A stretch of DNA of 63,451 nt, the filler included, from Sluysia triapertura (Eukaryota), in assembly GCA_046118255.1 (NCBI GenBank). It is 5 parts of 5 records of this genome, joined end to end, with 100 filler letters (N's around TTAATTAATTAA, not from the genome) between each part and the next. Parts side by side here need not be neighbours in the genome. Positions count along the whole stretch, not along the records: positions 10,957 to 25,401 come from JBJNIA010258959.1; positions 25,502 to 36,706 come from JBJNIA010187368.1; 3 more parts are not named here. The stretch is one strand, 5' to 3'. Positions 14,424-25,571 of this stretch are shown in pieces; the stretch's first letter is position 1; each line of letters opens with the position of its first letter. Below the pieces are notes generated by a model. The model searched no databases, was not told the origin of the DNA, and was given only the letters and a program-made list of their open reading frames with translations. Made by a program: the position numbers and the translations under genes.

Positions 14424-17400
14424 TCATATAGTGTAGTGTAACATATAACGTGTATACTTTCTGTTTCGATAAGTTTCTGTAGTTGTGTTGGAATATTGGT
14501 GTATGTTATGACCATAATGATAATAACCCATAGGAGTAACTCCGCTGAATTGTTGATTTGCTCTGACATAATTTGGCATTAAATTACGGTGCATCATGTA
14601 TAGCATAGGCATTACTGGTGGAAGCGGAGGCGGTGGTATTTCATCTTCTACTCTAGGATACGCGCTAATAGCTGAATCTGGATTGCTTATAAATACAGCA
14701 TTATGTACCCGCCACATAGCACTTCGTACGGCTCGAGCTGGATGGAATAAACCTTGAATCACAAGTTGCATTATCAAGCCTGATCCAAGAGCTACACTGA
14801 GAGTATCAACGCATCTCATAAATTGTTGACTTAAATGAGGACTGGTCTCTAAAACATTTGGCCACAGTTGATTTAACATATGCACCAATGCATCTTCTTT
14901 ACCATATCCATAACAATTAAGAGCTAAATGTGAAACAGCTGCAATAGCTGTCTGACGGTGGACTATATCTCTTTCGGTAACCGCATCGGATATAAGAGGA
15001 GCTATTGCATCTATATAATTTACAATATTTTCACCTACATATTCAACTAAGAATCCTAAAGATTTTAAAACTCCGTGTTGTACAAATAAATCTGGAACTC
15101 TATATTCATTCATCACTAATGGTAACACTGTAGTTGGATCACAAGTATCTGCAACCACCGCTATGGCAACAGTACTACAAATTCGATTTTGTCGTTCTTG
15201 CGTTTTTAAATTGGTTAATAAGGCAGACACAACATCAACTGGGCCTACCGTTTGTGCTATATAACCAAAACTGTTTATAGCTGCTCTTCTAATTGACTTT
15301 TTTGGAGATTTAAAAATTTCAATCATGTCAAAGCACACACGCATCCACTCTCGACTATTAACCTGATCACCCGCATTAGCAGCAATAAACCCTACAAGAT
15401 CTAAACAACTTTCTTGTACACGTTCTTGTCTATTCTTTAATATAGGAGTTAATCGTGGTAATAATTCGTTAATAGGAGGCCGATTATCATGCAAGCCTTT
15501 CTCCCTAACTACCAACTCAATAGCTTTAATTATTGAACCAAGCGCTTCTGGAAATTCTTCACCGAGATACTCATAAAGCATATTTGACATTAACTCTAAC
15601 GTAGCTGATTTTCCACACATATTGGCTACTTTCGCAAGACGACCTAAAACATCAGCAGCTTGTTTTCGAGTTCTTTGACTGCGATTACGCATACGAAATA
15701 TAGCTTCAGTAACAAAATCATCAATGTATGGTTCACATCGTTTAGCAAGAGTATTTAAAATATTACCAAAGCAATTAATAGCAACATTATTTTGATCAGT
15801 AGCTTGCTCTTCAAATACACAACGCAAAGAATCTATAAGTGATTTAACCATTCCATCATCCAATTCGAGCGTTCCATTTATTGCAAGTACTTTATCACAT
15901 GTTTCAATAGCCATTCTTTTAAATGTTTCAGTGTCACTACGAATATGATCAATAGCTCGAGTAATAATTTCACGTACACCTACAATATTAGTCATAGCTA
16001 CAACAGTTTCAACAACACTATTATAAACTACACGAACTACAGCACTGCGACTGTTCCAGAAACTTTTAAAGAAAGGTCTGATTACATCAGACAACATATA
16101 ATCGCGAGATAATGCATCAGAATTACACAACTTTTGCATTGTATTCAAGAGGACTAACTTGAAGCTTTCATCTGGTGTTGCGAAATTTCTAACGACGATA
16201 GGAATAATCAATCCACTGAAATATTTTCGATAATTTTTTTCCATTAAAGGTATTAAGAAACTCGTAGCTTTAATAACAGCAGCTAAATGTTTACCTCTTG
16301 ATGAATTACATTCTTTCCACAGAGGTTTAAGAACTTCATCGAATGATTCAATACCATAAGGCGAAACAGCTTCAGCTAATGAACTAATGGCTAACACTGT
16401 TATAGTTTTCACATTTTGGTTTTCATCACTCAATCCTCCAGTAACTAAACTAACTAAATTATTTAAATATGGCAAAATCGAACACTTCATTGCTACTGCA
16501 ATCTCACGAACAATTCTCATTCCCGTATGACGTACTTTCCATCCTTTACGTGAAGTACAAACTGCTTTAATAAATGGCAGTAACGGAGCTAAGCCAAGAG
16601 AATGAGCAACTACAGCAAAACAACAAGCAGTTACTTTTCTTACACCGTCATCTTCATTGTCAATATCAGGTCTCAGAGCACTAATCATAGTTGGTAAACC
16701 AACAACTTTCGATAAATTTGATACAACTTCTCTTCCTTCTTGACGCGCAATATGATCCTCATCTACCAAAAGTGGTAAGACAGTTGTCAAAATTTTATAA
16801 GTATACGGTCGCACTTTATCTTCTAATTTGTACATTAAACGATCAAGTAATTTAACTAATAAATGTCTTTGTTGATCATCGATATTAGCTTCTAACAATA
16901 ATGGAATTATATTGTCAAACAATAAATTGACTCCAAATTCTGATGCACGTCTTGTTAACTCTCGAAGAGCAATACGACGATTTCTAGGATCTGCATTCTT
17001 AACTTTAAGAATTAATGTTAAAACTTCTCTTTCTTTTGGTTTTAATTGATGAGCATTGTCTTCACGTAATCTTTCAACAATAGCTGCATCTTCTTTTCCA
17101 ACAGGAATATTTTCAATTTCATCTACTGCACCTAATCCCATTCTGTTAGCAGTATCCATGGACTCAGATTTTTGATATGGAATGGAATATTGGCCCATCT
17201 GAATAGGAGTTAAGCCTCCACCACCAAATTTTGATCCTAAACACGGGGTTGGTGTCGCAATTACAGAAGATTTTTTTGTTTTGCTCACATAACCTTTTGG
17301 TGGTCGCAATTTTCTATAACCCGGAGGTATAATTGAATCTATATCTGAATCTGTTAATGGTTGAGAATGAGGATCATAACTTTTATCTACCATTACAAAT

Positions 17401-18083
17401 CTTGTGGGAACTTCTTTACCGCGCATAGGCGTTTTCATTAAAATAGCATCTTGACCCATTGGAGTTGACTCGCCGTATGACAATGAAGGCGTAGCTGCCA
17501 CAGAATGTTCCGATTTCGATATTATTGGCGTAGCGAATCCACTTGTTGCTGGAGTGTTATTACGAGCACTTTCATCCCATCGAGACCGACGTTTAGAACT
17601 GGGAGTTTTTTCCCGTGGCGTATCGAATTCTCTTACACTTTTTGGTGTTTCGTAATCTACAATACTTGGAGTTACACTTCGTTCACGACATGGAGTTTCT
17701 TCAAATTTCATCTTTTTCTTAGGTACTGGAGTTGCATCACCATCTAGCCCACTCATTGGAGTCTCAGACCAATTTTCCGCATTCTTCGATATATAACGAC
17801 TTGGTGTTTCTTCACAATAAGCTTTTGGTGTTGGTGAAACAAAATCTCTATCTGCTTTGCGGTTCAGATTTTTATCCCACCGGTTTCTTCGATTGTCAGA
17901 ATGCTGTGATTCTTTAGGCTGCTTAACTGAATTTGAATTTTCAACAGTATTACTTAACATCACCTTCACATATGGATTGTCATCAGTATCTTCAGTAAAT
18001 ACGTCTGGACCAACTGGAGAATACATCAAATTATGCATTTTTCGCTTCTTTAAGAAGCTATGTTGATCTTCATTTTCATTCAT
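14424..18083 (-). CDS. SF3B1: Splicing factor 3B subunit 1 (SF3B1/SAP155/Hsh155), single-exon CDS, highly divergent, 1219 aa
   Basis: N-terminal RWD ULM-like motifs and TP repeats. HEAT-region signatures: RPDIDN, PYGIESFD.VLKPLWK, LYEYLGEEFPE.LGSI, LLPRLTPILKNR, REWMR.CF, LK.QERQNR.C, MNEYRVP, HRQTA, WPNV.ETSPH, QGLFHPAR, and a terminal Y.RY.L.Y. A TAG acceptor at 18088-18090 just upstream of the ATG suggests a 5'UTR intron (candidate donor GTAAGT at ~18290-18295). Confidence 0.97.
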   Translation of the reverse strand: MNENEDQHSFLKKRKMHNLMYSPVGPDVFTEDTDDNPYVKVMLSNTVENSNSVKQPKESQHSDNRRNRWDKNLNRKADRDFVSPTPKAYCEETPSRYISKNAENWSETPMSGLDGDATPVPKKKMKFEETPCRERSVTPSIVDYETPKSVREFDTPREKTPSSKRRSRWDESARNNTPATSGFATPIISKSEHSVAATPSLSYGESTPMGQDAILMKTPMRGKEVPTRFVMVDKSYDPHSQPLTDSDIDSIIPPGYRKLRPPKGYVSKTKKSSVIATPTPCLGSKFGGGGLTPIQMGQYSIPYQKSESMDTANRMGLGAVDEIENIPVGKEDAAIVERLREDNAHQLKPKEREVLTLILKVKNADPRNRRIALRELTRRASEFGVNLLFDNIIPLLLEANIDDQQRHLLVKLLDRLMYKLEDKVRPYTYKILTTVLPLLVDEDHIARQEGREVVSNLSKVVGLPTMISALRPDIDNEDDGVRKVTACCFAVVAHSLGLAPLLPFIKAVCTSRKGWKVRHTGMRIVREIAVAMKCSILPYLNNLVSLVTGGLSDENQNVKTITVLAISSLAEAVSPYGIESFDEVLKPLWKECNSSRGKHLAAVIKATSFLIPLMEKNYRKYFSGLIIPIVVRNFATPDESFKLVLLNTMQKLCNSDALSRDYMLSDVIRPFFKSFWNSRSAVVRVVYNSVVETVVAMTNIVGVREIITRAIDHIRSDTETFKRMAIETCDKVLAINGTLELDDGMVKSLIDSLRCVFEEQATDQNNVAINCFGNILNTLAKRCEPYIDDFVTEAIFRMRNRSQRTRKQAADVLGRLAKVANMCGKSATLELMSNMLYEYLGEEFPEALGSIIKAIELVVREKGLHDNRPPINELLPRLTPILKNRQERVQESCLDLVGFIAANAGDQVNSREWMRVCFDMIEIFKSPKKSIRRAAINSFGYIAQTVGPVDVVSALLTNLKTQERQNRICSTVAIAVVADTCDPTTVLPLVMNEYRVPDLFVQHGVLKSLGFLVEYVGENIVNYIDAIAPLISDAVTERDIVHRQTAIAAVSHLALNCYGYGKEDALVHMLNQLWPNVLETSPHLSQQFMRCVDTLSVALGSGLIMQLVIQGLFHPARAVRSAMWRVHNAVFISNPDSAISAYPRVEDEIPPPPLPPVMPMLYMMHRNLMPNYVRANQQFSGVTPMGYYHYGHNIHQYSNTTTETYRNRKYTRYMLHYTI

Positions 18084-19119
18084 TTTCCTAGAATAAAAAC
18101 ATAATATATAAAATATGATAGGTTTAACAAAACTTATTTTTGTCCCAGTATAAATGTAACTGAATATATATTCATTTTGGAAATATGAATATTGTCATGA
18201 TATACCCATATTCATAAAATAATTTTAAAATTAAACTCATACTTATATGTACTGCATTGATAAGATCAATTTCGAACATAAAAAAATAAACTTACGCAAT
18301 GCAAATAACCAATATTCAAATAAATTTAAAAAAGTGCATTTTAAAACAAATGTAAAAGTAAAGATATAATAAAAAATTTTAAACCAATATAAAAATTTAA
18401 TACATTAAACCGCCGAATATATTAAAAACACAATTTTGTTAGAAAATGAAGAATTTGTGTGAATCAAATGTTATTGAAACCATTATAAATAAATGTCAGA
18501 CGTTAAAAAGTAATATTAAGAAAATGAAAAATAATTTATAATACTAGTGCTATTTGTAAATTATTAGATGATTCAATGAAGTTATTTACTGCTTTCGTGA
18601 TTACGTTTTGGAAAAGAGAACAATTCAAAATCAGAAGGCGTTAATGAATTAAAAATTATTTCTTCTAATTAGGAATTAGAAATTCCAGTTAAAGAAGTTC
18701 CTAAAATTGATGATAACAAAAATGAAAGAATAAAAAATTAAATTTAATGGAAAAACAAATAATCTTAATGATGTCTTCACAATGTTTTGTGAGATTTAAA
18801 TCCAGCAATCCAGCAATGACCTAAAATTCTAAAGAGAAAATAATAATAAATTACATAACATACTAATGAGCTAAAACAAATAGTTATAGATAATAATAAA
18901 CCTGCTGTTGATTGTCAAAAAATAAAATAATTAATTAATCGTAAATGAGTAATCGTAAATAATTAATCGTAAATAAAATACCAAATGACGAAGAATATAT
19001 ATGAGCATTTCAGATCCTTTATTAATCTTATAAAGTGTTTAAAATCTTTAAAATAGTTAAGAAATAAAATCTAGTATAGTAATAATTAACATGAAGAAGT
19101 AGAAAAGGGAATCAGAAAG

Positions 19120-19539
19120 GTGAAGGTGAAAATATTAGAGTCTCCTGAATGCCTTATAAACTTACTAAATAATTTTAGAACCTCAATAAAAACTTTTAGC
19201 ATAAAATAAGATTAAGTCTAATAATAGATTAATTAAAATTAAAATCTTAATTAACTTAAGAAAAAATACGTTTTTGTAAATAATTTTGAATGCGGAATGC
19301 TATGTTGAATTTGAAACTATGTATGAATTTGTTTATAAAAGACCTTTTAACGAAGTTATGGTTTGACCGAGTACAATCAAGGAAAGCCTTAATACCGTGA
19401 GAAGTTAAATTTTAATTAATTCTTGATTATGCAATGTTGAGTTTTTTATACTTAGAATGATATAAATATAATGAATTAAATATGAGATGATTGCTGTGAA
19501 AGAGGAGAATCTATGAGTGAGTTCAAAATGTTTGAAAAA
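19120..19539. repeat. Interspersed repeat copy B (direct repeat with ~11422-11780)
   Basis: Same blocks as copy A, same orientation, several indels. Confidence 0.85.
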
Positions 19540-20798
19540 TGGTTCGTTGGAGAATAAGAACCGTAAAAAATTTTTCATTAGAAAATTGTGTGTGAAAAAC
19601 CAAAGATCAATTAAATTCTGAAAACTAAAATTAAATTCCTTATTTTTATGTATGTTAACAATAATGATTGTTATTTTAATGTGAGAATTAATTTAAGTAA
19701 ATGTAGATTGAATAAAGTAAGGGAAAATAATAGATAATCGTAAATAAAATTTTTGTGTTCTGTATCTAATAAAGTTTGACAGTCTGTATCATGTAAGTGT
19801 CCAAGTATTAACTGTCGGATTAATTCTGAAAGAATGCTGCAGTGATATGTGTGAGAAAATTGGAAATTATTGGATGAGAAAATATAAAAAGGAAAACTTA
19901 AAAATTTTATTACACTACACAACAACAACTACAACGACAATACAACAATAATAACAATTAGGAATGCAAATGAGAAGATCCATGCATTAAGTAATTTTTG
20001 AATTTATTTTATAATTAAAAATATTATTTTTTGGAGGATTTTATTAAAATAGTTTTTTGTTCTTGTGTTGTATTGAAAAATTTATATTTGATAATCGTGA
20101 ATCATAGTTAATATTTTTCTTAGTGTTACTTCACTTCTGGTTTCTTTTGATAGATTGTTATATCCTTGAGACTGTTATAAATGTTATTGTTAATCTGGTC
20201 ATATTAATCATTTTTAGTACTGCTTAATAGAAATTTATAATAATATTAATTTGTAATTGATTTTTATTTAACCAGTAAATTTTTTAACATTGTTGTTCTT
20301 ATTTTTGCTCATAATAAATTTTGATTCTCAGATGATTTTTCTTTATAATTAAAGACAATACAAGTTTAATATTGATTCGCTTATATAATTATTCATTTAG
20401 AAATAAAATAGAATAAGCATTGTAAACTAAACGATATAATAAACTAAGATATAGTATTTAAAAATAAAATAAAATAATCGTTATAAAATAAACACTATAA
20501 CAACAAAGTAAGGAATAAACTTTTCAAGAATAAACAGTTAACGTATACTTGTTAGACGCAATTTAAATTTAGGAAAAGCATTGTTAATTGCATCAAGTAG
20601 TTAAGGACCCTTTACGTAGCCCTATTGACATTTGACATCTTCTGAGTACGTTTTCTTTAAGGTATAAAGTGTACATCACAAGCGGACCCAGAGAAATTTA
20701 TAATTGTTGCAGTATTAGTATAAAATCTGAAAAATCTTTGCCAGACCGTAAAAAGGTTGACTTAAATTATAACTTTACAAGAATATAGCTTTAATTTT

Positions 20799-21017
20799 AT
20801 ATAGTGGTCGTAAACATTTTTAGGAAAATGATAGCTTAAAATCACTGCATTAGCATACACCTTGTAGTCAAACGATAGTCTCTTTCTTTTTCGAAAAATC
20901 TAATTATTAATATAGTGGTCGTAAACATTTTAAGGAAAATGATAGCTTAAAATCACTGCATTAGCATACACCTTGTAGACAAACAATAGTCTCTTTCTTT
21001 TTCGAAAAATCTAATTA
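20799..21017. repeat. Tandem duplication, 111-bp period, 2 copies
   Basis: atatagtggtcgtaaacattt...tcgaaaaatctaatta starts at 20799 and at 20910, with about 3 mismatches. Confidence 0.95.
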
Positions 21018-22629
21018 GAATGTCTTCGTTCAGATATAAAACGTGTCTAATTAGTCGGACTAACTTCCAGAGCTTATTCATTTTGCTAGTTAGGTTTCTT
21101 TTAAGTAAAACCACAGCAGAATTAATTAATTTTTTTGCATCAAGTATTGAATTTTTTAGTATTTCTTTTAAAAATTTTAAATTAATTTAATAAATTTATT
21201 TTTTCAAATGTATTTTCGTGTAACGTGTTTTCGATCATTCTTCCACACCTAATAATTTAATAATTTGTCTAACACTTGTTTAAAAAATAACTTTTCACTT
21301 AACACGTAATATTAAGATATTACTAATAATTATTGAATTTAAATGTCTATCAATTTTTTAAATGGTATAATCAATATAAAATATGTTAAATCGAATCTAT
21401 CTTCTGTTATATTTAAATATTATTGATTATTAAGAATTTGGTTTTTCAATTTTCAACTAACCTTTGCTTTTGCATAAATTATGCATTTATAAAAATGTAT
21501 TTGGGTTTGTGTTCTTAGATCCATTAGCTTGAAATTTAAATTGTTCTAAAATAAAATATTTTACGATCAAAACGTACAAAGGTTATTTTTCTCCATTTAA
21601 AGATCCAGAAGCTCAGATAGAAAATATATTCCTATTTTTTATTTGAAGACAGTCACTTGCAAAGTTGAGTCTATAAACTAAAAAAGTCAGATAACAATAA
21701 TGAACATATTTAATAATGTCAAAAATACAAAATTCTTAATTTTAATTTCATTGTTTTTATACATATTAATTAGTTATAAAACTTAATTATTAAAAATTAA
21801 TATTTTGTTCTGTAATTTTCAAAGATTGAATTATTTATATAAATTGTAAAATAAATGCTTCTTGGCATATTTTCATTGTTTTAAACTAAGTATCACATTT
21901 TTTTATTTAAATTTAACAGAAAAAACATACTATTGATAATAAAAAATCAATTACCAATATAAAATTTATATTTATTATTATTTGAGGTTGAAAATTTTTA
22001 ATAATGTTACAATTTTATTATACATAATTTTAAATTTTTTTGTACTTTATTAAAAAAATTATCAGACTTTGTTGGGCGATCAGGATGCCAATTTAATTTT
22101 AATTTTGAGCTTTTAAAAAGTCTAGTTCCTTCAACCACAAATAACAATTATGAAACTAAAGAAACATAAAAATAACCTACATAAAATGTAAGTTGATCAT
22201 ACATATTTTGCATTACTAATAATTCACTACGATATCAAACATCATTCACCAAGTGATTGGTTTATAAACGGTTTTAAATTCTTCATTAATTTATTAATAT
22301 TACTAAATCAGTTTGCCATTAACATTTTTGAGTCCTCAGTATGTCCTACTGTCATTGCAAATAGATGTTTCACACTTTATTTAAATTTAACTATAAATTT
22401 AACACATTAAAAAATTGATTGGAATTTTGAGTATATTGAATATGCGATTTACTTTCCAATAAAATATAATTTAAATGTAGTAAAACATTTCTATTTTTCA
22501 AAATATGATAAGAATAAAATTTAACTATTTTATATAGCTACAGAACAAACAATGAAATTTAACTATATCCAACCGATTTTTAACAATGCAAGTTTACACT
22601 TTATTCAAATTTTTGTTTTCATCAATTCT

Positions 22630-23111
22630 TTATCAATGTTTCATTGGAAATAGAAATTATTTTCGTATTTTTAATCGTTTTATCGCGACTTGTTTTCGAG
22701 CATATCCTGATGTCGCTCACTGAGGAGGTTACATTTTATTGGACGATAGTATTTCAGTTCACTTTCTTTGATAATTTTAAATACTGATATTTTCGATATA
22801 TTGAGATGTCAAGCGATTTCTCGGTGACTGAAATGACGTCAGTTCATTGCACCGTGTCGCACAGATGAAACAGAAAAATCTTTCACTGTGGCAGTGCTTC
22901 GTCCGAAATTTTTTTCTTTGGCGTGTACTGGCTATTACAAGACCTTCTAGTTTCAAAGTTGCAACATTATTAAACTGATGCATTGTAATCGTTGAGAAAA
23001 TAGTTGGTAACACGGCTAGACATTTTGTCAATCCCAAGTCGGATTTTCGTTTTTGAAAAGAATAATCACTTGCCTTTGAAAGTCTGAAAGCTGTTTCTTG
23101 TTTCCTTCCAT
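22630..23111 (-). mobile_element. Decayed Tc1/mariner-superfamily transposase (N-terminal HTH region, maT/rosa-like)
   Basis: MEGNKKQLSDFQRQVIILFKNENPTWD* ... FSHREIA*HLNISKISVFKIIKESELKYYRPIKCNLLSERHQ ... KIISISNET (IIFSDE-like); stops and frameshifts. Confidence 0.75.
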
Positions 23112-25119
23112 GATGTGGGTATCAAAAAGAACCTAAGATAAATCAAAATAGAAATGAGTAAGCACGCATTTTATTCATGACCCTCAAAATTTCCGCTTTT
23201 CTAGCGACGATCCTGTATTATTTTTCTCCAGCCAGTACTTCTTGTCATCATTGTTTGGGATGCAGTTTTCCATGATATAATTATATATAAATTATGTTTT
23301 TGGAGCCAATTCTGGTTTGATCTACAGAATAAGTGGTATAATTTTCAAAAAAATTCTTTATATTCTTGATGACTTCTATTCAATATATTTTACCTTACCT
23401 TGACTTTCGTTTGTAAATTTAATTATTACATCTTGAAATTAATTACTATGCATTGAATGGTTTATATCATGAGTTGAGGTACTTTTTTAATCATTTAATT
23501 TAATAAAGTATCTAAATTAACATTAGTGAATTTTAAAATGAAACTATTTGTATCACCTGCCATAATTTCAATCTAACAATTAAATTGCTGACGATATTTT
23601 TCTAATTCTTTATATTGTAATTCTTAAATTACTTAAATCTAAACAGCTGTCCCACATAACTTGTCCTTCTTTTCCTAGTAAAAGCGCAATCAAACAAATT
23701 TTTAAATGAAACTTTAAATGAATTTTTAAAACTGGATAGGCCATATGATGTGGAAAAATACCTTTTGATTGTCACATTATTTGAAAATACTTTACTGGTT
23801 AATAATAATGCAGATATCGTGCTAGTTAAATTTACTAAAATACTTGGCAAATTGAAATCTATCCATAAATTTCACTGAAACATTTTTAATGATTTAGTAT
23901 AAGCAAGTGGGGCTTGAAACTTTTCTGAAATTCAAAATTTATTAATTCACCTATTGCATATTTTAATAAATGACGAATGTTATATCCATTCAAATTAACA
24001 AAACGCAAGTCCTATAGAAACATCGTAAACATTACGTAACACGTATACCAGGTGAATCCATAAGTTAAATTTAATTTTGTAAAATACCATTTTAAAGGTC
24101 ATATATTAAAGAATTACCTTAAATAAAAAGTAAATTTAGACCAATAATATAGCGTCTTAAATGTAGCATCTCAATACACATTTATTATCCTCCAATAAAC
24201 AAAATAGTCAAAACCATTAAATACAAATCATTTTCAATCTCAAAAATATTGTACATCTTTCCTTTCTACGCACATTTACTATCATGTTATACTATTGAAA
24301 TTCTTTTCAATTACTTATTTTTGAACATCTAATATTTTCTACGAAGTTAAGATAAAGCATGAAGAGATCACTTAATACAATTTTAAAATAAAATAATAAT
24401 TCAAAAACAGAACGAATTTTAGGCGTACTTTTAAAATAGCAAAAATAAGATAAATCTTTAAGATAAAGTAATATAAGATCCTTAACATACCAACATAGAA
24501 ATAACTACTTTCAGCTTAAAAACAGCTTAACTGCATTGTAATTCTGCCAAACTGAAAAACACCATTCCGAAAAATAAATTTATTACATTAATAAAATATT
24601 TTTTATTTTCAAAAGTTGAAATTTTCGTATTTTATAAGATAAATTAAAATATGATGCATAATCTATAATAAAATCTAAATAATAGGTAAATTTACATTTA
24701 AAAATATATTTAAACAATAATAACACTAATTTTTTCAAGTATTAATTTAAAGATTCTAATTGTAAATGATGTGCATTGTAAATTTTTTAAAAAACAAATA
24801 AGAAAAATATTTTGTAAAAAAATTAAAACCTAAAAACACTAAATAAATCGTGAATTTGCAAATATTAATGTGGTACTAATTTTATCGTACTTAATTTGAG
24901 GGATTGAATATTTTTAATTTTGATTTAAAAATCATTTATCAGTATTTATTATGATATTTGATTTAAAATTCGAAAAGTAAAATAATAATTTAAATGGGTA
25001 ATAGATCGAAATAACAAATTGCAGATTAATTATATAATGTGAACAAATGCAAATTGAGCTTACAGTATAAATATTAAATGAACCATCACACAAATTATAA
25101 ACTTTGCTGATTATGTTCT

Positions 25120-25391
25120 TTTAGAAGCATTGGATATGCTACAATGTCTTTGATTCTATGTCAGCTAGACGATTCGTTTCTTTTTAATCTTATAAAAACA
25201 GCTCTTCACATTTTTCTCAATTGAATTATTAACTCTTGATCGAAAAATTTCTGCACTTTCTCGATCAGCTAGTTGGTATTAGAATTAGATGTCACATTTT
25301 TTTGAATATGTCAAACCACCCACTTGAAGCGATAAAGTGTTTACGTTCAGTAAACTTTAAAGTTGGCCCATTTATTGGGAAACTTTCAGAT
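25120..25391 (-). mobile_element. Decayed Tigger/jerky-type (pogo) transposase fragment
   Basis: SESFPINGPTLK...FIASSGWFDIFKKM*H (CENP-B-type HTH, cf. PISGP...FKASNGWL.RFK), then LADRESAEIF and SNAS; cut by the spacer. Confidence 0.75.
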
Positions 25392-25401
25392 TATATATAT
25401 A

Positions 25402-25501
25402 NNNNNNNNNNNNNNNNNNNNNNNNNNNNNNNNNNNNNNNNNNNNTTAATTAATTAANNNNNNNNNNNNNNNNNNNNNNNNNNNNNNNNNNNNNNNNNNN
25501 N
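25402..25501. other. Artificial assembly spacer
   Basis: N44-TTAATTAATTAA-N44. Confidence 0.95.

Positions 25502-25571
<70 letters not shown>

Noticed and set aside
17505-18066. Three plus-strand ORFs
   Set aside because: Antisense shadows of the SF3B1 CDS.
20799-21017. CRISPR-like array
   Set aside because: Two 111-bp units with no spacers in eukaryotic DNA; a simple tandem duplication.
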